In this document: positions 18,092 to 27,032 of the stretch, piece after piece
Layout of the letters: the number at the start of each line of letters is the position of its first letter
How positions within the stretch are numbered: position 1 is the stretch's first letter
Assembly: GCA_902773085.1 (NCBI GenBank)
Contig: CACYDF010000095.1
Span: forward strand, 1 to 33,135
Origin: an uncultured Erysipelotrichaceae bacterium
GTDB lineage: Bacteria > Bacillota_I > Bacilli_A > RFN20 > CAG-288
Direction of reading: 5' to 3'
Length of the DNA: 33,135 nucleotides
The notes under the pieces: generated by a model
Seen by the model: only the letters and a program-made list of their open reading frames with translations
What the model was told of the DNA's origin: nothing
The model's database searches: none
Program-made: the position numbers and the translations under genes

Positions 18092-18604
18092 ATGATTATT
18101 TCAATATTAAACTGTGACAAACACTTTGGGATAGGAAAGAAAAATGGTTTGTTGTTTTCTTTGCCTAAAGATATGGAGTTTTTTAGAAAAACGACACTTA
18201 ACCATATCGTATGTATGGGCGAGAATACCCTACTTTCTTTTCCTAAGAGCAAACCCCTACCTAATAGAACAAATGTCGTCTTATCATCAGATCCTACACA
18301 TAACTATGAAGGTGTAATTAATATCCATTCTTTCGATGAATTCTTGCTTTTTATAAAGGAAAAATCTCAAAAAGAAGATGTATATATTATTGGTGGAGCA
18401 TCGATTTATAATCAAACTTTAGACTATGTCGATAAGGTCTTATTAACTAAAGTTGAGGCTGATGGACAAGCAGAAGTCTTTTTCAACAACTTAGATGAGA
18501 ATAAAAACTTTTCTCTAATTGAAGAAAGTGCTTCTATCACTGATGGTAACTTTAAAATTAAATTCTTAACTTATATTAATTTGTCAAAAAAAGAAATCAA
18601 ATAA
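18092..18604 (+). CDS. folA: dihydrofolate reductase
   Basis: GIGKKNGL, LPKDMEFF, KPLPNRTNVVLS and IIGGASIY. Confidence 0.95.
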   Translation: MIISILNCDKHFGIGKKNGLLFSLPKDMEFFRKTTLNHIVCMGENTLLSFPKSKPLPNRTNVVLSSDPTHNYEGVINIHSFDEFLLFIKEKSQKEDVYIIGGASIYNQTLDYVDKVLLTKVEADGQAEVFFNNLDENKNFSLIEESASITDGNFKIKFLTYINLSKKEIK

Positions 18605-18721
18605 AGCAAAAATTAGTTCAAATAAAAAACAATCTAATTAAAATTTTTTTCTTGCAAAAGGAATATATATCTATTAGAATATTAGCATCCTAATTTAAAC
18701 GCAAGTTAATTATTTTTGCTT

Positions 18722-20404
18722 ATGGACAAAGAAAAGTTAGACTTGTCATCTCCAGTATTTATTTACGCCCTTGGTGGTCTTGGAGAAGTCGGCAAGAACA
18801 TGTACTGCATCGAAGATTCTTCCTCAATCATTATTATTGATTGTGGTGTTTTATTTCCAAATGCTTCTATGCCTGGAATTGATTATATTATTCCTGACTT
18901 TTCACATTTAAAAGAAAATGCTGAAAAGATAAAAGCATTAATAATTACTCACGGACATGAAGACCATATTGGTGGTATCCCTTATTTATTAAATGAATTT
19001 AAAATCCCTATTGTATATGCACCAAGAATTGCTGTTGCCTTAATCAAGAATAAATTAAAATTAAATAAGGTTAATTATGAACCAAATATTTCAGAATACC
19101 AAGAACAAACCAAAATAAAGCTTGGAGATTTTTCTCTTAAGTTTTTTCATGTTACTCACTCTATTCCAGACTCTTTTGGAATCCATATAGAAACACCACA
19201 AGGAACGATTATTGAAAGTGGTGATTTTAAAATTGATTTAACTCCTGTTGATAAAGATTTTGATTTCCAAAAAGTTGTTGGTTTTGGAGATGCAGGTGTT
19301 GACCTTCTTCTAGCTGACTCAACCAATGCTGAAAAAGAAGGATATACTCCAAGTGAAAGAGATGTTATCAATGGTATTGAAGATGTCTTTTCTGAAGCAA
19401 GTGGAAGAATTATTATTTCTACATTCTCTTCTAACATTTCACGTCTTGCACAGATTATTAATACAAGTGTAAAAAATAAAAGAAAAATAGTTATCTTTGG
19501 TCGATCAATGGAAAACAATATTCAAGCTAGTAGAGACTATGGATATATAAAAGTTTCTGACGATTATATTTTAGATGGTTCTTCATTTACAAACGTTCCT
19601 CCTAATGAAGTTACAATTTTATGTACTGGTAACCAAGGTGAACCTTTAGCAGTCCTTTCTAAAATATCTCGAGGTGAACATAAAGATATAACTATTATTC
19701 CTGGTGATACAGTTGTTTTCTCATCATCTGTAATTCCTGGTAACTCTAGTGCAGTTAATCCTATGATTAATGCATTTACTCGTCTTGGAGCTTCAGTTGT
19801 TACTAATTCATCTAAAAATAGAATTCATGCTTCTGGTCATGCTTCTAGACAAGAAATGAGATTACTTCAAAAACTTATCAGACCAAAATATTTCATGCCA
19901 ATACATGGTGAATATAGAATGCTTAAACTCCATGCTGCAATTGCTGTTGATTGTGGAATGCCAAGTGAAAATACTTTTGTATGTCAAAACGGTGACGTCT
20001 TAAAACTATTTAATCATAAAGTAACACGTGGTACTTCTTTCCCAGTTGATTCAGTGTATATTGATGGAAAGAATACAATTGGTTTAACTAATACCATTAT
20101 GAAAGATCGAATCACTTTAATTAATGAAGGTGTAGTTGGAGTTATTGCAATAATCAACCTAACTACAGGAGAAGTAATCTCTTCTCCAATAGTTGAATCA
20201 AGAGGTTTTATTTCAAATAATAAAAAAGCACTTGAAGAAAAGACTGGTCAATTTGTAAATAAAGTTCTTTGTGAAAAAATCAAAGAAAAGAAATTATCTG
20301 TCCAGGAAATTAAATCAATATTAAGAGGTGCAACATCTCAGTTCTTACAAAGAGAATGTGGAAGAGAACCAGTCGTGGTTCCTTTAATTATTAATCAAAA
20401 ATAA
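18722..20404 (+). CDS. rnj: ribonuclease J
   Basis: LGGLGEVGKNM, THGHEDHIGG, HSIPD, GDFKID, DSTNA, HASGH and PIHGEYRM. ATG at 18722 preferred over the TTG at 18716. Confidence 0.96.
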   Translation: MDKEKLDLSSPVFIYALGGLGEVGKNMYCIEDSSSIIIIDCGVLFPNASMPGIDYIIPDFSHLKENAEKIKALIITHGHEDHIGGIPYLLNEFKIPIVYAPRIAVALIKNKLKLNKVNYEPNISEYQEQTKIKLGDFSLKFFHVTHSIPDSFGIHIETPQGTIIESGDFKIDLTPVDKDFDFQKVVGFGDAGVDLLLADSTNAEKEGYTPSERDVINGIEDVFSEASGRIIISTFSSNISRLAQIINTSVKNKRKIVIFGRSMENNIQASRDYGYIKVSDDYILDGSSFTNVPPNEVTILCTGNQGEPLAVLSKISRGEHKDITIIPGDTVVFSSSVIPGNSSAVNPMINAFTRLGASVVTNSSKNRIHASGHASRQEMRLLQKLIRPKYFMPIHGEYRMLKLHAAIAVDCGMPSENTFVCQNGDVLKLFNHKVTRGTSFPVDSVYIDGKNTIGLTNTIMKDRITLINEGVVGVIAIINLTTGEVISSPIVESRGFISNNKKALEEKTGQFVNKVLCEKIKEKKLSVQEIKSILRGATSQFLQRECGREPVVVPLIINQK

Positions 20405-20406
20405 CA

Positions 20407-23400
20407 TTAATTTAAAGACCTAATAATTCCATTTGGAGTTCGTGCTAGCATTATAAATGACGGCACTAGCTCACAAACAAAACTGATTATTAATATTCCT
20501 ATTAAGAAAATAAATATATATAATCCCATAAAGAATAGATTAAAAATTGATAAGTACATAGTAACTAATAAAATAGGTAATAAAGAAAATAAAGCAAATT
20601 CAAATAAGAAAGAATAAATATTTTCAAGATTTACTTCTTTCCTTGTTTTACCAATGTTTCTTAATACCCCGTAATAATACTTTTCATAATTTGCTTTTGA
20701 ATATCCATTAGTAAATAAAGTGATGAAATAAACAAGAGTAAATACTCCAAGAGTTATTAAAACATCTAGTGAATTTACTAGCCCTGCTTCTTTTAAAAAT
20801 GAAGAACGGACATCACTAATTAAATAACCTTGTAAATCTTCTTCACCATATTTATATTCATCAAAGAATTCTTTTGTCTTATTAACATCGTTAGATAAGA
20901 AAGAAGTATTTAGCAAGGTTGATGGGTTTCCAGTATATTCACGAATTTCTATTCTTTTTTCAATTGGCTTTATTTGATCAATGAATTCTTTATATACGCT
21001 CGCTTTATCAGAATATGAACTGACAAGATCATATGATAAAGGTATGTGTCCATTATAAACACATGCAAGTTTCAAATAATTAAAACCAGTTGAAGAAATA
21101 TAAACTTTATCATCAATTTCTCCTTCATATGTTTTATAAACTTTGGCATTATTAGATGTACTAGTACTTAAAGAAAATCTATCAGTAAATGGAAGTGAGT
21201 TATAAGAAGAAATATCAAATCCGAAAGTAGAAAGCATTTTATTAGGAACAATAATATAATTTCCTTTATTAAATTCTTCTTTCTCATCATTAGATAACAT
21301 ATCATTAATATTACTTGGAAGAATGTTAGATGAATTATTAATTATCTGACTCTTAATATAGTTAAAACCAAAAGCTGATTTAGAATCTTCTTTTTTATTC
21401 TTCGCTGCGTTAATTTTTTCACTTACTCCTTCTTCACTTGGCGCATAATTAATTGATCTATCTTTAAAACATATAACTTTCTTTTCTGGCTGAGGATTAT
21501 AAGTAACTTTTAAATCACTAGTAGTAAAATATGTCCTTGTTCTATTCTTTAATAATTTAATTTCACTTTCAGTTATTTCTTGTTCAAAGGCGATTTCATC
21601 AAACATGCTTTTAGAAAATAACATAAATGATTTATTAGTTTCTTTACCAATAATTGTGGTAATTGTTTCATCAGTTATATTGCTATTAGTAAAAGTATAA
21701 TCAGGATTATTTTTTATTTCTTCATAATCAACAAAAGTTACATCTTTTAAATTAGGATAGATTTGATATGAATCTTTATATAAATCATTAAAAGTAATTA
21801 AATTAGCAAGGTCATTTTTAATAAAGCAAACATTATATGGGGTATCAACTATTGCTTTAATCTTTAAATTTAATGGAGCAAGAAAGTAAGATGTATCAGA
21901 ATTTAAGGAAATACTAATTTCTTTATTAATAAACTCGCTTGCCTCTTTACTACTAAGTGCACTTGCAAGTGATTTATTTAATAGTACTTCATTATCACTT
22001 ATATCATATTTTTCAAGTTCTGGACAAAGGCCATCTTTTTTTGCTTTTTCAAACGAATAAAAATAAATATTTTTATTTGGAACAAATTGGTCAAAAAGAG
22101 ATGTAAAAGAATGAACATCATTAACATTAGTAATAATACTCGCTCCTAAGTAGCCACCAACTAAATTTGGAACTAAATTTTCTACACCACTTAATAAAGA
22201 ACTGGATTGTTGAACATATACATATGTAGGATTATAGAAACTATCTTCTATTATTCCTGATTCCGGATTATTTATCATTTGAAGAATAGTATCTCTTTGA
22301 ATACTAAAATCTTTTCCTTCTTCTGCTTTATTTGCATTTAATAATACTTGGCTTTTTGTTGAAACATCTCCAATACTAAGTTTAATATCTCTTACAGTTG
22401 CAAAGAAAATATTAGCAACAATAAAAATGATAGCTGAGAATAAAATCTTTGAGATGTTATTAAAGACAAAGTTAACCTTTCTCTTCTTTTTTGCATTACT
22501 TTGTTTTAACTTATTAGTTAAAAAGTAATGTTTAAATAATCCTTTAAGTGTCTTTTTAGATTTGATGTTATCAAAATCCAGATCATTTTTTTCATCAATA
22601 ATTTTTTCTTTCTCTTCTTCTTTATTAACAAAAACTACTTCACTAGGTTTTGCAACTGAAATATTTTCACCAACTACTAAAATCTTATCTCCTCTTTTAA
22701 TAATTTGAATTTCATCCTTAATAGTTGAATCATCACTATATACTTTTAATAAGAGATTGCCTTCTTTAATATCTGACTTAGTTAAATTATTTGAATATAT
22801 CTTTTTAGAATCAACAAAGTTTTTATCTTCTTGAATATTATCAATATTATACTGTTCAATCTTTTTATTATTAATTGAAAAGGCATAATCTGCATATTTC
22901 TTAACAAGTGTTTGATTATGAGTTACGCAAACAATTAAATGATTACGAGATAAACTCTTTAAGATATCCATTATCTTATATGCATTTGCACTATCTAAAT
23001 TCCCTGTTGGTTCATCAGCAAGAATAATCTTTGGCATAGTAGCAAGTGCCCTAGCTATTGCAACTCTTTGCTTTTGACCAAGAGATAAATCCCCTGCTTT
23101 TCTTAAAGCATTAACATGAAGATTAACTGCATCAAGAAGTTTAGCAACCCGATAATCAACTTCTTTTTGAGAATTGATCCCGGCATTTTCAAGTCCTACT
23201 AAAATGTTATCTTTAATAGATACATCATCAAAAAGTAAAAAGTCTTGGAAGATAACTCCAATATTCTCTTTTCGATATTTTTCAATATCAACTTTAACAT
23301 TGTCGTAAGTTATTTCTCCTTCATAGTTAATTAGTCCACCTAGAGCATTTAATATTGTTGATTTACCAATTCCAGATTGACCAACAATGAAAATCATTCC

Positions 23401-23496
23401 AGTATCAGGTAAAGAAAGATTTACATTATCTAGTACTTTTACTTCTTTTGAAGAATTAGGATAAAAGACTTTAGTCAAATTCTTAACATTAATCAT
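20407..23496 (-). CDS. ABC transporter, fused ATP-binding and permease (MacB/FtsX-like)
   Basis: GQSGIGKS, LSLGQKQR and ILADEPTGNLD; one TM helix, a large extracellular domain and C-terminal TM helices. Confidence 0.88.
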   Translation of the reverse strand: MINVKNLTKVFYPNSSKEVKVLDNVNLSLPDTGMIFIVGQSGIGKSTILNALGGLINYEGEITYDNVKVDIEKYRKENIGVIFQDFLLFDDVSIKDNILVGLENAGINSQKEVDYRVAKLLDAVNLHVNALRKAGDLSLGQKQRVAIARALATMPKIILADEPTGNLDSANAYKIMDILKSLSRNHLIVCVTHNQTLVKKYADYAFSINNKKIEQYNIDNIQEDKNFVDSKKIYSNNLTKSDIKEGNLLLKVYSDDSTIKDEIQIIKRGDKILVVGENISVAKPSEVVFVNKEEEKEKIIDEKNDLDFDNIKSKKTLKGLFKHYFLTNKLKQSNAKKKRKVNFVFNNISKILFSAIIFIVANIFFATVRDIKLSIGDVSTKSQVLLNANKAEEGKDFSIQRDTILQMINNPESGIIEDSFYNPTYVYVQQSSSLLSGVENLVPNLVGGYLGASIITNVNDVHSFTSLFDQFVPNKNIYFYSFEKAKKDGLCPELEKYDISDNEVLLNKSLASALSSKEASEFINKEISISLNSDTSYFLAPLNLKIKAIVDTPYNVCFIKNDLANLITFNDLYKDSYQIYPNLKDVTFVDYEEIKNNPDYTFTNSNITDETITTIIGKETNKSFMLFSKSMFDEIAFEQEITESEIKLLKNRTRTYFTTSDLKVTYNPQPEKKVICFKDRSINYAPSEEGVSEKINAAKNKKEDSKSAFGFNYIKSQIINNSSNILPSNINDMLSNDEKEEFNKGNYIIVPNKMLSTFGFDISSYNSLPFTDRFSLSTSTSNNAKVYKTYEGEIDDKVYISSTGFNYLKLACVYNGHIPLSYDLVSSYSDKASVYKEFIDQIKPIEKRIEIREYTGNPSTLLNTSFLSNDVNKTKEFFDEYKYGEEDLQGYLISDVRSSFLKEAGLVNSLDVLITLGVFTLVYFITLFTNGYSKANYEKYYYGVLRNIGKTRKEVNLENIYSFLFEFALFSLLPILLVTMYLSIFNLFFMGLYIFIFLIGILIISFVCELVPSFIMLARTPNGIIRSLN

Positions 23497-25912
23497 TTAC
23501 TCTTCCTCCTCCTATATGTCTAAATGGGATAGATAGATAAGAAATAAATAGTAAATTAATAATGATGGTTGCTATAAAGAAATATGGTACTGCAAAAAAT
23601 AACAGCTTTGGTATTTCAAAAAATGGATGAGCAAAAACGAATGAGTAAATAATAATATTAGATATTATCGCAATAGCTTCAAATTGAATAAGATTAGTAA
23701 AGAAAATATCTTTTCTCTTATATCCAATATAATTTAAAACGAATTGATCAGACGCTTTTCTAAAATATAGTTTATTAAATATTAAACGGAATAAAGCAAG
23801 TCCTCCAAAAAGTGCAGCTACATAGAATAAGAATAGTATAGCTTGTAAAACAGAACCAGGAATACCAAGATTACTTCCTTTTGTTGGGACATAAGAGATA
23901 GCTTTTCTAGCATCATATTTAAAAATATCTGCCTTATCTTTTAACTGATTCATTGCACTATAAGCATCATTTTCACTTTGATAATATAACTTACCACTTT
24001 GCTTTGACTTATTTATTATATTAGCTAAAGGATTACCAATAGTATAGAAATAATATTTGTTATCTATTAAATCATTAGAAACATATCTGATATTACTTAA
24101 TTGGGATTTTTTATAAACAGTATTATTTATTATGATATCTAGTTCTGCTTCTTGCCAGTAATCAGATAAATATATTGTATTTAGTTCATTAAAATTCAAT
24201 TTAGAAATAATACTAGGTTCAATTTCACTTTCATAATATATTCCACTATATTGGTCTTCTTTTCCTTGTTTAACTAAGTATTTACCATTACTTGTTGCTA
24301 TAGCTAAATTATATGATCCTGAACTTGGTTGAGTTATATATACTTTCTCTTTTGAAACAATGTCTATATCTTTAACTTCAAAATGAGATGTTAATTGTTC
24401 ACCAATGTCTTTTAATACATTAAAAGAAGGTGCGTAAATATATTCTTCAGTATAGTTAGTATAGTTTTTTGAATATACGTATATACCAGCTAGTTTAAAT
24501 GTTTTTGCTTCTTTTAAGTTATTAGCTACGTATTGACCTAAAAGAGAATAATAATCTTCTTCCATGTTTCCGTTTGATGAAGTTTTATAATCTTCAAGAG
24601 ATTTTTTACTATCATAGTAATAACTTTTTGTACTTTGTGAAGCAAGAACGACATCCTTGCCAATAGCAGCTTCGTATCTTTCTTTTACTGCCTTATTAAA
24701 TACGCTACTTACACTGCTTTCATCTAAAACTAAGTAAATAGCATCTGGATCTTTGCTCTCTTCTCCATATCTTAAATCTAACCCCTTATCAAGTGATGTA
24801 TTAATACTCATTGGATTATTGTTAATTACTGAACTAGCTAACTTTCCAGAAATAGTTTTACTATCTCCAGTTAATGAATCAGCAAAATCTTTATAATACA
24901 AAGAAAAATTACTATTGAAGATTAATGAATTAACATCGTAATATGCATTTGAAGAAAGTTTATCAACTTCCACATCATTCTTGTTTTTTACGTTAATAAC
25001 ATTTCCTTGCAAATAGGTGTTTTCACCTATTCCAGTTACAGGACTTGTAAAAGTAGTTGCAAGAATAATAGATACACCAAAAGATGTTAAAACTGACGCA
25101 AATAAAACTAAGATACTAAAAATCAGCCTTCCGATTCTTTTAAAAGTAAATAGTCTTGTTATATATAAAAGAGATTTAAATGAAAACTTAGTTTCTTTAT
25201 CTATAACTTTAGTATTATCATTTTTTTCTTTCTTAAAACTTTTATCTTCTATTACATGTCCATCTTGTAAAGTAATATGTCTTGTTGCTGCATCTTGAAC
25301 AAGGGAATATTCATGAGTTACATAAATAATTAATTTATCTTTGCATGTTTCTTTTATTACATTAATTAAGATTTCACTAGTTTCTTTATCAAGGTTTCCT
25401 GTTGGTTCATCAAAAATAATTACTTTACTTTCAAGTGACAAAGCTCTAGCTATAGCTACTCTTTGTTTTTCTCCCCCACTAAGTTTACTTACTTTTTTCT
25501 TTTGTAATTTTTCTATTTTAAGTTTCTCTAATGCGCCAAGAGCTTTCTTACTTGCTTCTTTTTTCTCTACTCCTTTTTTAAGTAAAGCAAGCATTATATT
25601 TTCTTTAACTGTAAAACCTTCAATTAAATTATAGTCTTGAAAAACAAATGAAATATTTTGACTATAGATATCTTGTCTTTTATTTGGAGACAGAGTTGAA
25701 ATAGGAATGTCATCAAAATATATTTCACCATCATCGTAGTTTTCAATACCAGTTAATAGTTTTATTAAAGTCGTCTTACCAGATCCTGATTCACCAGTAA
25801 CAACTACAAAAGAAGAATCAGTTGTAAAAGTTAGATTAATATTCTCTAATCCTTTAACTGACTTTTTCCCTGTTTGATAAAACTTTGATACATCAACTAA
25901 TTTTAATTCCAT
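23489..25912 (-). CDS. ABC transporter, fused ATP-binding and permease (MacB/FtsX-like)
   Basis: GESGSGKT, LSGGEKQR and FDEPTGNLD. The ATG at 25912 is preceded by a GGGAG RBS. Confidence 0.88.
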   Translation of the reverse strand: MELKLVDVSKFYQTGKKSVKGLENINLTFTTDSSFVVVTGESGSGKTTLIKLLTGIENYDDGEIYFDDIPISTLSPNKRQDIYSQNISFVFQDYNLIEGFTVKENIMLALLKKGVEKKEASKKALGALEKLKIEKLQKKKVSKLSGGEKQRVAIARALSLESKVIIFDEPTGNLDKETSEILINVIKETCKDKLIIYVTHEYSLVQDAATRHITLQDGHVIEDKSFKKEKNDNTKVIDKETKFSFKSLLYITRLFTFKRIGRLIFSILVLFASVLTSFGVSIILATTFTSPVTGIGENTYLQGNVINVKNKNDVEVDKLSSNAYYDVNSLIFNSNFSLYYKDFADSLTGDSKTISGKLASSVINNNPMSINTSLDKGLDLRYGEESKDPDAIYLVLDESSVSSVFNKAVKERYEAAIGKDVVLASQSTKSYYYDSKKSLEDYKTSSNGNMEEDYYSLLGQYVANNLKEAKTFKLAGIYVYSKNYTNYTEEYIYAPSFNVLKDIGEQLTSHFEVKDIDIVSKEKVYITQPSSGSYNLAIATSNGKYLVKQGKEDQYSGIYYESEIEPSIISKLNFNELNTIYLSDYWQEAELDIIINNTVYKKSQLSNIRYVSNDLIDNKYYFYTIGNPLANIINKSKQSGKLYYQSENDAYSAMNQLKDKADIFKYDARKAISYVPTKGSNLGIPGSVLQAILFLFYVAALFGGLALFRLIFNKLYFRKASDQFVLNYIGYKRKDIFFTNLIQFEAIAIISNIIIYSFVFAHPFFEIPKLLFFAVPYFFIATIIINLLFISYLSIPFRHIGGGRVND

Positions 25913-25963
25913 ATCTCCCAATATTAGTTTATCAAATTTATAATTATTTATTTAAATAAATAA

Positions 25964-26929
25964 TTAATCTAAATTGAAAAAAGTTGATACTTCATCTAAT
26001 AAAGAAATGTTTAATACATACTTGTTATCTTCGTTTTTTATTTGATGTACCATATGTCCTGCATTTTGAAATTTCTTAAAATAGAACCTATTATTATCTT
26101 TATATTTTTCATAGTAGATATCATATCCGTATTTTATTTCTACAGTTCTATCATCTTGACTATGAACAATAAAAACTTTGGTAGTAGTTTTTTCAAATCC
26201 ATCCATTGCTTTTAGTTTTGAATAATCTCCAAACAATCTTTTTTCATGACTTTTCAAAAAAGGTTTAGAATAACTTCCTAGTGGTCCAACAATCTCTGTT
26301 CCAGATGAAACAACTAAATCAATTGACTCATTAAAACCAGCAAGAGACACAACTCCTTTGATGTCAGTATGAAGATTAAGTATAGCTGTTACTGCATATC
26401 CACCACAGCTATGACCAACTAAATAAATAGGAAGATTATTCAGTTCAGCTTTTGATTTAATAAAATTTAAAACATAATCTAAATCAATTACAAATTGAGG
26501 AATTCCATAAGTAGTATTAAGTTCAGATTCTCCAGTCCCTGTTCCATCATATCCAAAGCAATAATAGTTTTTATTAACAAAATAAGAAATCATATCACTA
26601 TAACTAAGATGGCCTCCACCAAAACCATGAGAGATTATAACTAACCCTTTTGGATTAACTTCTTCTTTATAATAGTTATATCCAATTAGTTTTTGATTTC
26701 TATTTGAAATAATTTCATACTTAGTTGAAGAAATACTTTCTTCTTTTAAATCTTGTTTGTACCTATCAGCATCTAGAACATTTATGTGATCTTTAAATAT
26801 CACATCATAAATAGTAACAGATAATACTAGCGGAGTAATATATAAAGACTGAAAAAGAAATCCTATAACTGAACCAATAATAATAATTAATCGATGAATT
26901 AATTTAAATGGGCTTTTCTTCATCTTCAT
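25964..26929 (-). CDS. membrane-anchored alpha/beta hydrolase
   Basis: N-terminal TM helix, HGFGGG oxyanion loop, GHSCGG nucleophile elbow, HSQDD and GH. Confidence 0.88.
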   Translation of the reverse strand: MKMKKSPFKLIHRLIIIIGSVIGFLFQSLYITPLVLSVTIYDVIFKDHINVLDADRYKQDLKEESISSTKYEIISNRNQKLIGYNYYKEEVNPKGLVIISHGFGGGHLSYSDMISYFVNKNYYCFGYDGTGTGESELNTTYGIPQFVIDLDYVLNFIKSKAELNNLPIYLVGHSCGGYAVTAILNLHTDIKGVVSLAGFNESIDLVVSSGTEIVGPLGSYSKPFLKSHEKRLFGDYSKLKAMDGFEKTTTKVFIVHSQDDRTVEIKYGYDIYYEKYKDNNRFYFKKFQNAGHMVHQIKNEDNKYVLNISLLDEVSTFFNLD

Positions 26930-27032
26930 AATTCTATCATATTTAGATTAATATAATATTTATCCTAGTTAGCCCTCTTGTATATCCAAAATAAAATTAA
27001 AAAAAGAGTATAATATAGTTTTGGTTAAGTGT

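Noticed and set aside
27014-27026. TATAGTTTTGGTT upstream of uvrA, resembling a half of sites S1/S2
   Set aside because: Only a half-site with no dyad partner; expected by chance in AT-rich DNA.
26930-27032. LexA (GAAC-N4-GTTC) box upstream of uvrA
   Set aside because: Looked for and not found.
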